DNA of 64,000 nucleotides from Candidatus Neptunichlamydia sp. (GTDB lineage: Bacteria; Chlamydiota; Chlamydiia; Chlamydiales; Simkaniaceae). Made by a program: the position numbers and the translations under genes. The notes beneath the pieces are model-generated. The model was given only the letters and a program-made list of their open reading frames with translations. It did no database searches and had not been told where the DNA came from. The stretch spans positions 1,184,001 through 1,248,000 of the forward strand of contig OZ247587.1 of assembly GCA_965233865.1 (NCBI GenBank), given 5' to 3'. Positions 1-10,610 of this stretch are shown piece by piece; positions within the stretch are counted from its first letter, which is position 1; every line of letters begins with the position of its first letter.

Positions 1-799
1 GTGAGCGCTATGTCTTCAAACGGTCCTAGGTTTTGCGAAAAAGACAAAAATGAGAATCACCAAGGACAGAGTTCAACAGAAAAGCAGCATCAAGAACCTT
101 TTAATCCGAATAAAACATCCCTTTGACCCAGCTCCAAACCAAGGATCCCCATCACAAAAAGAATCTGCAGGGAGAAAGGGGGGATTTCGATCATCCAACC
201 ACTCAACCGGCAAATAAGGTCATTTCATACAGATCTCTCTTCTTGAGCACCATTATCAAGGATAGCATATCTAAAACAGGAAAAGTTCCGTAAGAGGAAT
301 GATGATTCCAAAGTTTATGAATGGAGTCGAGAAGAACTAAAGAAAGTCGCTTAAAAATGAAGAGAACCGACACAACATTTGACAATATTCTCAAATCTGA
401 GAAATTTGCTATTTTTGTAGTTCACGGGGCCTCGCTCACCGAACCTGGAAGAATTACATTCTGCTGACAGGAATTTTGTCCTAAGTTGATTCCTTCTACA
501 ACAGGTATTGCATTCACTGCATTAAGTTCATCGCGAGCAGCAACTGCAGCTTGGGCTAGAGGTCTTGCACCAGCAACAACCACTTCCTGACCAGCAGCAG
601 CACCTCACTGAATTGTTTTTCTTCTTTCTTCATCCCCAATCTGTTGACCTGCTGCAAAATTAGTGGCTTTGACATGAAGGTCTCTAAACTTAGAGCTAAG
701 CATACGGTAGGAGTGGGTAATTTCACATACGTTACGTTGATGTACAGCATATTAAGGGCATCCGCTCCTCTAAATTGAGCCTCTGAAAGACTACAGCGG

Positions 800-1431
800 C
801 TACTACAGCAATTTTGGATGGGTTCAGCTTTATAGAACTGAACTTAAAAAGAAGCTTCGGATTTTTGTGAAAAGACCCAATGATTCATGGAGAGTCGATG
901 AAACCTATACCAAGATTAAAGGAGTTTGGCATTACCTCTATAGAGCAATAGATTCGAATGGAGAAACAATCGATTTTTACTTAAGCGAAAGAAGAGATGC
1001 CTCTGCAGCGCTTACCATCTTCAAAAAATTAGCAAAAACAGGAGAACCGCGGGTTATTAATGTGGATAAGCATGCCTCTTATCCTCCAGCTTTTTCATCT
1101 ATGCAAGAAGAAGGTATTTTCAAGGAAACAACCCTCAGAAAAGTCAAATACCTCAATAACCTCCTGGAACAAGACCATAGAAATGTGAAAAGGCAATATC
1201 ACTTTTCTATGGGATATCACAGCCTAGAAACGGCTAGGAATACAATAGATGGAATCGAATCGATGCATATGATTTTCAAAGATCAAATTGAAGCGATATC
1301 GAGTGGAAACGCCTACGCTGTAAAGATATTTATTGAAAGCTTGTTTGAAGGAAATAAACTAGCAGCTTAATGACAAAAAGAGAGTGAAAAGCTTCTACTC
1401 GGGCCGATTCGGTGTTATTTGCAACACTACC
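800..1431 (+). mobile_element. IS6-family element, 5'-truncated (transposase ORF 867..1370, right IR 1406..1431)
   Basis: WRVDETY, YLYRAID and YLNNLLEQDHR motifs; end reads GGTAGTGTTGCAAA on the minus strand, like IS26-type IRs; left boundary approximate. Confidence 0.9.
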
Positions 1432-1483
1432 GTTTGATGCTTGAATGATAGCACAACCCTTGAAAAAAGAGAGCCTGTAAATG

Positions 1484-1595
1484 CAAAGGGACCCAAAACC
1501 TCATAAAAAGGCGCCGAAGGGGGCCACCCCTTTTTAAGCATTCTTTTTTATCTTTAATGTCCTCGAGCTGCGCGCGAAAGAAAAAAATGAAAATT
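1484..1595 (+). repeat. Copy 1 of a ~110-bp conserved non-coding element
   Basis: CAAAGGGACCC..AAGGGGGCCACCCC..AAGCATTCTTTTT..GCGCGCGAA; related to 28604-28713, 43480-43553 and 50110-50212. Confidence 0.75.
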
Positions 1596-1605
1596 TATTT
1601 TCGAC

Positions 1606-2601
1606 TTATTTAGTGTCGTTCCTTACTTTTACAGACGTATAACCCATGGGAATGAAATGTTCGCCTAACTGATCTACGCCTGTGCCTCTATATGTTACTC
1701 CAAATAAATCTCCTTCACCTCCGGCCTCTCCCGCAAAAACTTTTGGCTCATCAATGGCTGCCCTTAAAGCAAGCTTGTGTAGGTGTGTTGGATTTGTTAT
1801 TTCCACTTCTCCAAAACCATCGGTATTGAAACTATAAGTTTTCTTCTTCCTTTCTTTTTTTATAGTTTCTTGCATTGATTTAATATCTTTACTTTTACAC
1901 GGTTCATTTCCTTCAGTAATTGATACACAAACATAATGATTTTTCGCGGTTGTATCACAATTCAAGGATTCCGGTTTAATTTTTCCTGTTGGAAAAGTTT
2001 TGCCATTCTTTCTTACTGTTGGAAGGTTTTTTTTTGGAATTTCTTTTCCTTTGTGTTCTATTTTATAATTTGCGCGCATTTGTTGACTTGCAGCATTATC
2101 TACGACTTGCAATTTTCTTTGACTTTTATCTGGAGAATTTCCCCTTGTTAATGCTAAGCCTTCTGGACGCTTTCCTATAAGTTTTTCATCGTTTGTCACT
2201 GGGTTTTCTTTAAATATTTGTTTTAAACAAAAGAGGCGACGGTTGTTCCAAGAAGTAAACTCACCTTTATCATGTTCGATTAACTCCAATGGCTGCCCTT
2301 GCTTCCAACCTTTTTCTGCTATTGTTTGTTTCAATTCATCAATAGACATCGAACCGTCCTTTAAAATAGGAGCAATTGTTGGATGAGAATATTTAACTTT
2401 ATCAAACTGGTCTAATGTCCAAAGTTCTACCCTTTTCTCTAGAGGCTTGGAAGGTTGCTTACCTTTGCCAAGCATGTCCTGAGCAAGTTCCTGTACAACT
2501 TCATCAGTTTGATGTAAAGTTGCTGGACCCTCATCATAAGAAATATTAGGAACAAGATCGAATGAGCGATCACTTACTGAGTTAGCCATAAAAAACTCCA
2601 T
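1606..2601 (-). CDS. Putative effector with ParB/Srx-like domain
   Basis: YSHPTIAPILKDG..PLELI..SWNNRRLFCLK resembles ParB-like toxin domains; Ser-rich N-terminus. Confidence 0.5.
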   Translation of the reverse strand: MEFFMANSVSDRSFDLVPNISYDEGPATLHQTDEVVQELAQDMLGKGKQPSKPLEKRVELWTLDQFDKVKYSHPTIAPILKDGSMSIDELKQTIAEKGWKQGQPLELIEHDKGEFTSWNNRRLFCLKQIFKENPVTNDEKLIGKRPEGLALTRGNSPDKSQRKLQVVDNAASQQMRANYKIEHKGKEIPKKNLPTVRKNGKTFPTGKIKPESLNCDTTAKNHYVCVSITEGNEPCKSKDIKSMQETIKKERKKKTYSFNTDGFGEVEITNPTHLHKLALRAAIDEPKVFAGEAGGEGDLFGVTYRGTGVDQLGEHFIPMGYTSVKVRNDTK

Positions 2602-2648
2602 TTCTTAGCTTAAGCTTTATATTAAAAATAAAATTAATTGTAATTATA

Positions 2649-3554
2649 ATGGATAAAATCTATTCAAAAACAGAATTAAATAAAAATTTAAATTTATATA
2701 AAGATATAAACCTTTGTGAAATAGATATTTACACTCAGGTTTCTTTTCAAGAGCTTCAAAAACAAAGATTTGAGCTTGATATGGACTACTATATTTGTAT
2801 CGTTGAGGAAGGAGGGCATACATATCAATTTGATGCTTATCAGTTTATGCGTTCATTTTCAAGAGATAATGACATGCACAATCCATTAACAAATCGTCCT
2901 ATAGAGGACTTTTCAGTCTATTTTTCTTCAAAAGAAAACCCAGAATTTATTTTTTACGACAAGAAAGAAAATATTTTAAATAACTGTAATTCCTTCCCTT
3001 TATATTGGAATGAGCCAAGATGCTCCTTAGAAAATAGAATCGTTTTCCTTTTGCAATATGGAGAGAAAAACGAAGGTATAGACGAGCAAAAAGCTATAAA
3101 AGCTTATGAAAAAGCACACACATTAGGTAGTATTAACGCTAAGATGAATATTGCAAATTATTATAAAAAAAAATCAGATATAGATTCCTATTTATTTTGG
3201 GCAGAAAAATTAGTCACAGAGGTTTCTCTTCCATCTATACAAAACGTGTTATTTTGTGCCTCAGAATTTAGAAACCATAACCGATCAGATAAAGCATATG
3301 GATATTATTTAATGGCGGCTGAGGCTAATAATCTATGGGGTATGATAGCAGTAATTTACGGTCTTGAAAATGGCATTGGGGTAGAAATTAATACCCAAAA
3401 AGCAGAAGAATGGCGCAAGAAACTTCCAGAAAAATGGCAAAATGCTAGCATGGACAACTTTTCTAAATACCTTCAATCTATTCATTATGGATATAAAGAT
3501 GTTGGTTTTCCATTAGAAGAGGAGCAAACTCAATCAGACCTTCCTTCACATTAG
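2649..3554 (+). CDS. Sel1/TPR-repeat protein with degenerate N-terminal U-box-like region
   Basis: AIKAYEKA..G and YGLENGIGVEINTQKAEEW are Sel1-like; FDAYQF..HNPLTNRPI is U-box/NleG-like. Confidence 0.55.
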   Translation: MDKIYSKTELNKNLNLYKDINLCEIDIYTQVSFQELQKQRFELDMDYYICIVEEGGHTYQFDAYQFMRSFSRDNDMHNPLTNRPIEDFSVYFSSKENPEFIFYDKKENILNNCNSFPLYWNEPRCSLENRIVFLLQYGEKNEGIDEQKAIKAYEKAHTLGSINAKMNIANYYKKKSDIDSYLFWAEKLVTEVSLPSIQNVLFCASEFRNHNRSDKAYGYYLMAAEANNLWGMIAVIYGLENGIGVEINTQKAEEWRKKLPEKWQNASMDNFSKYLQSIHYGYKDVGFPLEEEQTQSDLPSH

Positions 3555-3560
3555 GGAGTG

Positions 3561-3586
3561 GGTAGTGTTGCAAATAACACCGAATC
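3561..3586 (-). repeat. Isolated IS6 terminal sequence, inverted relative to 1406..1431
   Basis: GGTAGTGTTGCAAATAACACCGAATC is the exact reverse complement of 1406..1431. Confidence 0.9.
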
Positions 3587-3587
3587 T

Positions 3588-3770
3588 ATGCAAGAAAAGA
3601 TCGAAGCTGCAGGCCACATCTTGGAATATCTTCCCCCATATTCCCCAGATTTAAATCCTATTTAGCATAAATGGGCACAAGCAAAATCTAAACGAAGAAA
3701 ATATCAATGGGGAATTGATGAACTTTTTAAGGAACATTGCCTATAACTAAATTATATCAACTTAGCTATA
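3588..3770 (+). pseudogene. IS630-family transposase C-terminal remnant
   Basis: EYLPPYSPDLNPI*HKWAQAK with internal TAG. Confidence 0.85.
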
Positions 3771-3883
3771 AGCAGCATGATCTTATCTCTAAAAGAGTTT
3801 TAAGAGACCTGTAATTAGGCTTTTTTCGTCTTACCTTTGAAAGATCATGCCGCTTATTTAGAAACGTCTTCCTTACCTCCGCT

Positions 3884-5191
3884 TTACAGCTCATCAACAG
3901 GAAGTCCTTTATGATAGAGGGCATGCTTGATAAAAAAACCTTCAGAGTCATAGAGTGTAACGGTTCCCTCTCCATTTTCAACGGTGGAAACGGGAGTTTT
4001 TTCTCCCCGCTTTATGTAAGTTCCTCTGCGAAGCTGGTCATTCTCATACTCTTCGATCATCATCAGAGAGCCATCCTGATACCATGCTGAACAAATTCCA
4101 TGTCTCTTGTTATCTCTAATTTCTCTCTCACTCTCTAAATTCCCAGTGGGATACCAAGTTCTGCAGATTCCCTGAATTCCATCCTGAACCCATTCGATAT
4201 ATAGCTTTGGCTTGATTTTTTCTTCCCCAAAAGATGTGTAATAGACCCACTCCTCACCATGTTTCACTCCCTCTTTAGTGTGGAACAGAGTAGTCAGAGC
4301 TCCTCGCTCACTAAATACCTGGACTTCTCCATCTGGGGTTCCATTACGATACTCTCTAATAGAGTGAAGCGTCCCATTTAAAAAAACCGCCTGTTTCCCG
4401 TTGCCGTGTTCGATTTTTCCAATTATTTTTCCAGAAAAATCATGGTAAGTTGCATTAATCAAAAAGTCGTTTCTATACTCTTCTGAGTAAGATGGCTGTT
4501 TATTGTCTCCTTTAAACATCGCAATCCCTTGACGCTTTCCTTTCGAATATGGAGTCTTTCCAATCACTTGTCCTTGCTCATTATAATAAAGAAGATCTCC
4601 ATCAATTCGATCAACTTCGTAAGGAATCATCTTTTCCACAACGCCATTGTGATGATAATAGTAGGAATTCCCTTGAAGATTCCCTTTTTCATAATAAATC
4701 TCAGCTTGAAGGCGGCCTGCAGAATCCCAGACCTTTGAAACCCCATCAAAAATCCATCCTTTTTGAGCATTTTCGCTCAAATCGCCAAGACCCTCAATGA
4801 CAACAACGTCTAAACGAGGGTTTCCGTTATCATGCCATTCTCGGTAGATCCCGCAAGCTCTACCATTTATAACTTCTAGGTACTGCCAAATCTCCCCGTT
4901 TTCATGATATGTCGTCAATTTTGAAATGGTTTTCCCATTTTCACTCCGTCCAAACATTCGAGTGACTTTTTCATAGGGTTGCGGAGCTAAAAAATTTGTT
5001 TTTTCATACATGGATAAGCGATCGGAGGAACTAATTGTTTCTTTGAATCCATTTCGATTAAGAACCTGGACACTTGTAAGTTTGTCCTGGTTCTCCGTTT
5101 GATGATTCCCGCATCCAGTTAATAATCCTAAGGAAATCAATAAAGATATAGAAAGCCATCTAATTTTCTTATTTTCAAATACAGTTATCAT
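3884..5191 (-). CDS. MORN-variant repeat (YwqK-like) lipoprotein, conserved in chlamydiae
   Basis: Repeated G..x.YY..G units; LLTGC lipobox. Confidence 0.8.
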   Translation of the reverse strand: MITVFENKKIRWLSISLLISLGLLTGCGNHQTENQDKLTSVQVLNRNGFKETISSSDRLSMYEKTNFLAPQPYEKVTRMFGRSENGKTISKLTTYHENGEIWQYLEVINGRACGIYREWHDNGNPRLDVVVIEGLGDLSENAQKGWIFDGVSKVWDSAGRLQAEIYYEKGNLQGNSYYYHHNGVVEKMIPYEVDRIDGDLLYYNEQGQVIGKTPYSKGKRQGIAMFKGDNKQPSYSEEYRNDFLINATYHDFSGKIIGKIEHGNGKQAVFLNGTLHSIREYRNGTPDGEVQVFSERGALTTLFHTKEGVKHGEEWVYYTSFGEEKIKPKLYIEWVQDGIQGICRTWYPTGNLESEREIRDNKRHGICSAWYQDGSLMMIEEYENDQLRRGTYIKRGEKTPVSTVENGEGTVTLYDSEGFFIKHALYHKGLPVDEL

Positions 5192-5859
5192 AAAGCTTTA
5201 CCTCTTTTTATTAATTGCATTTCTACTTGATAAGTTTCTCTTTCGACGAGCTTTTTCTTATTTAAGTGAAACCGTTTTGTAATAATTTGTGGACGCCCTT
5301 TTGGGGGCTTAAACTCCCCAATAGATACCCCTTCAATAACTGTTAATACGCGTTTAAGGTCATGACCATTTAATTCAACCAGGCGTTTCTGCGATAGTTC
5401 TAGTTCTTCAATTTGATTATCTGTTCTTCGCTTGCCTTCTGCAAAAATAAAACGATTGTTACCCTTTGTTAAACTGTCAAGCCTTTGATTAATATCATCG
5501 CAAAATTCAAAGGCAGGACTATTCATGACAAGGTAAAGTGTCTCTGTTTCGGGTAACAGGAATTGCATGGATTCAATGGCGTGGTCGACATAATAATGGT
5601 CAACATCATTATAGGTCTTAAAAAAGGCGCTTCGATCTTTTTGGAGTTCTTTGACCCTCTCCATTTTTATTGCTAAACAATCAATCTCAACCTTTATTTC
5701 TCTAAATTGTTTATTTTTATCCAAAATAGATAAAAGAACCAACAAGGTTGGCAACAAGCAGAGAGAATATATTCCAAGTACAAAACTTCTATTCTGAATC
5801 AGACAATTAAATGGGAGTTTAAGTGCGAAGGTAAAAGGCAATTTCATAGTGATCATCAT
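5188..5859 (-). CDS. Conserved chlamydial membrane protein
   Basis: N-terminal TM; overlaps neighbours as an operon; true start probably downstream of 5859. Confidence 0.65.
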   Translation of the reverse strand: MMITMKLPFTFALKLPFNCLIQNRSFVLGIYSLCLLPTLLVLLSILDKNKQFREIKVEIDCLAIKMERVKELQKDRSAFFKTYNDVDHYYVDHAIESMQFLLPETETLYLVMNSPAFEFCDDINQRLDSLTKGNNRFIFAEGKRRTDNQIEELELSQKRLVELNGHDLKRVLTVIEGVSIGEFKPPKGRPQIITKRFHLNKKKLVERETYQVEMQLIKRGKAL

Positions 5860-7231
5860 TTCTTTTCCAGTCTATTTCCTCACTTCCATTTACAGTTAAT
5901 TCGTCTTCTACAATAGCATCATGGAATGCACGCGCTTTTTTTGCCACAGGAGTTGTAAATGAAACGCGTACTTTAGGAAGATAGACCTCTTTTGGTTTCT
6001 CAATAGTGGGATATTTTTTTAGTTCATAGTCGATTTGAGTTAATTCAATGTCTTCCAGAAGTGGATGGGTCGATAAAAAAGCAAGAAAATTGCTAACCAA
6101 TGGCGGGGATGCAAAATAGTTCTCCTTTCCTTTGCTCATACGAAGAACATGATAGACGTCTTCCATGACCTCCTTAAGGCTTCCTTTTGCGGCTATATGG
6201 TGCAACTTAGGAAGGTCTTCTTCATATCTTTCTGAAAGAGATTCAACATGCCCTAACAAAGTTTTTTCTTTTTTAGAAAAAAATAGCTCAGAAGCAATCG
6301 TTGTAAATAAAAACAGTGCAGCCGCTATGCACATTCCGCGAAGCACTTTTCGTTTTAAGGTTTGCATGCCCTGTTTTGAAACATAATCCCCCTGGCGAAA
6401 CTGAATACTCATCTGGTCATTTTTAAGACAATCTAAAGCAAGACCAACTGGGATAGCAAATGGACGCACCATATCCCAAGAAAAACCTTTTTTTTCATCT
6501 CCATGAACTGGAACCATATCCTGATCCTTAGACAGTAGTGCTTCTATTTCTGCAGACATTTCTCCACAAAAAAGAACTTTTCGACCCTCACTTCCCTCTT
6601 CTTTATGAGCAAGAAAACAAAAGGCACGGTCGACTTCTCTCTTGAGTTTTGCAACTGCCTTCTGATCCATCTCCTTTCCAAGGTCGATTGAACCCATGTG
6701 AAGCGTCAGGTGAGATAATATTTTACTGTCTCGTTGAGAGACAATTTGAATCTTTGTTAGTCCAGTATGAAATACAACAAGGGTTGAAATCTCCGGGCAA
6801 GTAAAGGAAGCAAAGCGAGAAAGAGCCATTGGAACGGCTGACACCCACTCCGGAGAGAATCCTTCTTCTTCATATGACGAAATATGGCTCTCAAGGTTTT
6901 TCTTTGAGACAGTAAAAAAGAGAGCCTCAGTCTCATCGCTATGAGTGATGTAAATCGGCTTGACAACGACTTCATCAAGCTGATAGGGGATTAATCCTTC
7001 TAACTGAAAAGGAAGCGTTTTATGAAGAGCACGCTGCTTTTTTAAGGGGGTTTTCAGCCTCCGGAGGAGGAGATCTTGTCCCTCAATTCCCGTAATAATA
7101 TAGGGATTCTTTTTAGAAAAAAATGCATCTCTTTGCTTTTCCAAAAATTCTATAGACACTTCTCTGTTGACCTGTGAGATACAGGCGATGCGAATACTTG
7201 AATTTTCTTTGTGAATTCCAATAACTTCCAT
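5819..7231 (-). CDS. PilM/GspL-like protein
   Basis: LPFQLEGLIPY..DEV actin-like region plus C-terminal TM; position beside yggT/dus as in Chlamydia. Confidence 0.65.
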   Translation of the reverse strand: MEVIGIHKENSSIRIACISQVNREVSIEFLEKQRDAFFSKKNPYIITGIEGQDLLLRRLKTPLKKQRALHKTLPFQLEGLIPYQLDEVVVKPIYITHSDETEALFFTVSKKNLESHISSYEEEGFSPEWVSAVPMALSRFASFTCPEISTLVVFHTGLTKIQIVSQRDSKILSHLTLHMGSIDLGKEMDQKAVAKLKREVDRAFCFLAHKEEGSEGRKVLFCGEMSAEIEALLSKDQDMVPVHGDEKKGFSWDMVRPFAIPVGLALDCLKNDQMSIQFRQGDYVSKQGMQTLKRKVLRGMCIAAALFLFTTIASELFFSKKEKTLLGHVESLSERYEEDLPKLHHIAAKGSLKEVMEDVYHVLRMSKGKENYFASPPLVSNFLAFLSTHPLLEDIELTQIDYELKKYPTIEKPKEVYLPKVRVSFTTPVAKKARAFHDAIVEDELTVNGSEEIDWKRNDDHYEIAFYLRT

Positions 7232-7304
7232 GGATCTATAGTAAAGGAATCGCTAGAAAAACAAAAGGATGGAAATTTTTTCATTTTGATGTTACCATAG
7301 ACCT

Positions 7305-7571
7305 ATGGCGTATGTAATTTCAACAATTCGATTATTATTCACGGTTTACTCTCTGATGCTAATTGTGAGGATTTTTGGGTCCTGGTTTCCAAGTTTTCAA
7401 CAAACCTCCATTTTCCGTTTCCTTGCTCACTACACAGATCCCTACCTTAATATCTTTAGGCGTTTTATTCCTCCCATCGGTGGAGTTTTAGATTTAAGTC
7501 CGATTATCGGCTTTTTTCTCCTTCAGTTTCTCGAGTATCTAATCACGCGCCTTCTGATCATGATGATATGA
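7305..7571 (+). CDS. yggT: YggT family membrane protein
   Basis: TDPYLNIFRRFIPPIGG.LDLSP motif. Confidence 0.9.
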   Translation: MAYVISTIRLLFTVYSLMLIVRIFGSWFPSFQQTSIFRFLAHYTDPYLNIFRRFIPPIGGVLDLSPIIGFFLLQFLEYLITRLLIMMI

Positions 7572-8560
7572 AAAAATATGTAAATCCTATTAAAATAGGG
7601 GCTCTTACCCTCCCAACAAATGTCTTTTTTTCTCCTCTTGCTGGTTGTTCCGACTATCCTTTTAGGCAGATGGCATCTCGCTTCAAACCTGGGTTAATAT
7701 TCTGTGAGATGGTGAAAATGGATGCCCTTATCCGCCACGAACCCTCTACGTATCATCTTTTAGACTATGACCCTTCAATGCGTCCGATTGGAAGCCAACT
7801 CTGTGGCAGCAAACCCGAGCTTGCAGGGCCTACAGCTCGCATTATTGAAGAACTTGGATTTGATGTTGTTGACCTCAATTGCGGCTGCCCTGTGGATAAA
7901 GTCACCAAAGATGGAAGTGGAAGTGGAATGTTAAAAAACCCAGAGCTTATTGGTTCGGTTATTTCAAACATGGTCGCAGCTGTCAACATTCCTGTTACAG
8001 TGAAGATCCGCACTGGTTGGGACGATGAGAGCATTAACGCCTCCCTTATCACAAAGATAGCAGAGCAAGCTGGCGCTCAGGCAATCTCAATCCACGGAAG
8101 AACAAGGAAACAGAAATATACAGGCAGAGCAAACTGGGACCACATTAAAGCCGCAAAACAGGTAGCTACTTCTATTAAGGTCATCGGAAATGGTGACGTA
8201 TTTGATGCTGAGGCTGGCCTTGCCCTTTTCAAACATACCCGATGCGATGCGATCCTAATTTCGCGAGGAACTTTTGGGAAACCTTGGATCGCTGAAGATG
8301 TGCGCCGTCTTGACCAAGGCCTTTCCCCCTTCATTCCTGATGTAAAAGAAACGCTTTTAAACCACCTTGCCTATACCGCAGCCTATCAGACAGACCGCAA
8401 AGCTCTTCTTGATATGAGACGTGTTGGCTGTTGGTACCTCAGAAATGGGACAGGCACAAAACAATTGCGTGAATCGTTGAACCGCACAAAAAAACTCACT
8501 GAGGTAGAAACCCTCATCAATAACTATGACTGGGAACAAACAAATTTTGAGAGTGCTTGA
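7568..8560 (+). CDS. dusB: tRNA-dihydrouridine synthase B
   Basis: PLAG, DLNCGCP, VTVKIR, IHGRT and GNGD motifs. Confidence 0.9.
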   Translation: MKKYVNPIKIGALTLPTNVFFSPLAGCSDYPFRQMASRFKPGLIFCEMVKMDALIRHEPSTYHLLDYDPSMRPIGSQLCGSKPELAGPTARIIEELGFDVVDLNCGCPVDKVTKDGSGSGMLKNPELIGSVISNMVAAVNIPVTVKIRTGWDDESINASLITKIAEQAGAQAISIHGRTRKQKYTGRANWDHIKAAKQVATSIKVIGNGDVFDAEAGLALFKHTRCDAILISRGTFGKPWIAEDVRRLDQGLSPFIPDVKETLLNHLAYTAAYQTDRKALLDMRRVGCWYLRNGTGTKQLRESLNRTKKLTEVETLINNYDWEQTNFESA

Positions 8561-8649
8561 GCTTCCCCAAAAAAATAGGCAACAGCAACGAAAAACAGTA
8601 ACCAGTAAAACCACATCTCCCATTTTTTCATCCCTTCAAGATCAATGAC

Positions 8650-8790
8650 TATCATCAAGATCCCCATAGAAATTACGCGGCATAGAATGAGAAAAACCAC
8701 TTTCATCTATGAAAACTAAAGATCGACCAGAAGATTTTAGTTCATTGGTTTCTTTACAAAAAACAGATTTTTTTCTGCATCTGCCTTTGG
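8650..8790 (-). pseudogene. IS630-family transposase fragment
   Basis: LVFIDESGFSHSMPRNFYG. Confidence 0.7.
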
Positions 8791-9029
8791 ATGATTGAGA
8801 GTTTTTTATAGGATTTTTAGACCACCTCACTAAAATTAATTTTACTTCTACAAGTGCAATCAATTTATAATTATCTAGATATACAAAAGAATGGGTTAAT
8901 TTATGAAATGTTATTCTAGAGGTTGTTGGAACAATGAAGCAATGTAAGGTTCTTAAAAAGCTCTCTGAAATGATCGAGTGCTTCAAAGACCCCAGTAATC
9001 CAGATGATCTAGGGTATAGATCCACGAAC

Positions 9030-9066
9030 AAAAAAAGGTGAGGCTCTTACAGCTCCCCACCTTTTG
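9030..9066 (-). terminator. Intrinsic terminator after MOMP-like gene 1
   Basis: GGTGGGGAGC/GCCTCACC imperfect stem followed by T-run on the minus strand. Confidence 0.65.
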
Positions 9067-9092
9067 TAGGATCTTAATTGCTACGTTTTAGA

Positions 9093-10268
9093 TTAGAAAT
9101 CCCATTTGAAATCTAGTGTTAAACCGTGCATGCTGACGTCTTCAGAATATCTCTCATATTTGAGAACTGCGGCGTCGTCAATCTTAATCATCTGGTTTTG
9201 TCTCCACCAGTAATTAGCTTCGAACCCAAGTCCAATCCCAAGATGTTGCTTGTTATTGTGGATGCACTTGTCAAAACGCAATCCGAGCTGCATCTGCACT
9301 GTTGGCGAAAATGCATGTCGGTTAGCATTAAGTTTGATTTGATTATCTGCAACAGCACTGAACTGCTCTTCGTGGTCTACATCAAAGTATCCAAAAAGAA
9401 GCGCACCAGCAACATTACCGAAGAAGCTAAACCCATTCCCAAGATACCACTTAGAGTCCATACCAACACGTGGTCCTAGACCCCAAAAGTTGCAATCGTC
9501 TTTAATGTGGACTGTATTCACACCAAGTCCAAGGTTGTTACCTTGATATTCAGGCCCTTGACCGTTGCTAGTAGCAACTCCACCAGTGTAGCGAGTTTTC
9601 TGTTCTTGATCAATCCAAGCAGTCTTCAAACCCCAGTGAGGGCGAAAAGATAGCTTTCCACTGATGTAGTGTGCACGACCTAGTTCCAAGTCAATTGCTT
9701 GGTAGTCAAAATCATACTGCGACTTTGCGCTAGAAGCATACAGGAATGCATCCCAAAGTGTTCCAGTAGCAGCGCTTGTTGCTACTACGATGGTAGATGA
9801 TCCACGAAGTGGAATAACTGTACTATTAAGCCCAGAGCGAGTTGAATCACTTCCACTGGAATTAAACCAAGCATATTGGAGTCCAACATCCCAACCATCA
9901 TGATCGAAGTTATATCCAAGACCGAAGCGCAGGCCCCAATCCCAATCAAAATCGATATCTTTAGTTCGACCTTTTACAGGAAAAGATCCTGCAGGGTCAT
10001 TGTCTGAATATGCAAATTCTGTCCCACCTACTTTTGCGTGCCAATATAACACGTCAGCAGTGAAGAACCAGCCACACCCGTCGACTTCCGCCCGAGCTGT
10101 AGCTGTTTGTGCACCATATGTTCCCATGGCAGTCTCAGTACGCACTTGCTGCATCTGGTTTTCAAGTTGCGTTACCCGAGAATCCATGTCCATGCCAGCA
10201 AAGGCAGTGGACGATGCCATAAGGGTAACAAGGGCGACTGAGAATTTTCTCAATAAGCTCACTTTCAT
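9093..10268 (-). CDS. MOMP-like (Lpg1974 family) outer-membrane porin
   Basis: Signal peptide MKVSLLRK after GAGG RBS; DVLYW, FWGLGPR; terminal WDF. Confidence 0.85.
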   Translation of the reverse strand: MKVSLLRKFSVALVTLMASSTAFAGMDMDSRVTQLENQMQQVRTETAMGTYGAQTATARAEVDGCGWFFTADVLYWHAKVGGTEFAYSDNDPAGSFPVKGRTKDIDFDWDWGLRFGLGYNFDHDGWDVGLQYAWFNSSGSDSTRSGLNSTVIPLRGSSTIVVATSAATGTLWDAFLYASSAKSQYDFDYQAIDLELGRAHYISGKLSFRPHWGLKTAWIDQEQKTRYTGGVATSNGQGPEYQGNNLGLGVNTVHIKDDCNFWGLGPRVGMDSKWYLGNGFSFFGNVAGALLFGYFDVDHEEQFSAVADNQIKLNANRHAFSPTVQMQLGLRFDKCIHNNKQHLGIGLGFEANYWWRQNQMIKIDDAAVLKYERYSEDVSMHGLTLDFKWDF

Positions 10269-10557
10269 TTTTTTTACCTCATGGGGGTTAATTTTTAGCT
10301 TTGTTGCCTCAATTTTTTCTATAATGATAACGCCTAAATAAATGAAACAATTTTTTAAGTTTATTTTAAAAGATATTAAAAACATGTCTCTTTTGTTTAC
10401 GATAACCCTCCTCCTGAGAGCTGCAAAGTCGTTACCGGAAGCTGTCATAATATGTTAATCTTCCTTCAAACCCAGAGATACGAAATTATTTATATAATTG
10501 TACAGAATTATCTAAGCTTTTATTTAATTAAAAAATAATTTAAATAATTTAAATGAG

Positions 10558-10586
10558 AAAAAAGCTCTCAGTATGAGAGCTTTTTA
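10558..10586. terminator. Bidirectional intrinsic terminator
   Basis: AAAGCTCTCA-gta-TGAGAGCTTT perfect stem with A/T flanks. Confidence 0.8.
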
Positions 10587-10610
10587 TTGCTTTTGAATGA
10601 TCCCTCTAGA

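Noticed and set aside
1..790. Short minus-strand ORFs at the window start
   Set aside because: No recognisable motifs; probably degraded gene remnants
10269..10448. N-terminal extension of the MOMP-like ORF
   Set aside because: RBS, signal peptide and the paralog support a start at 10268
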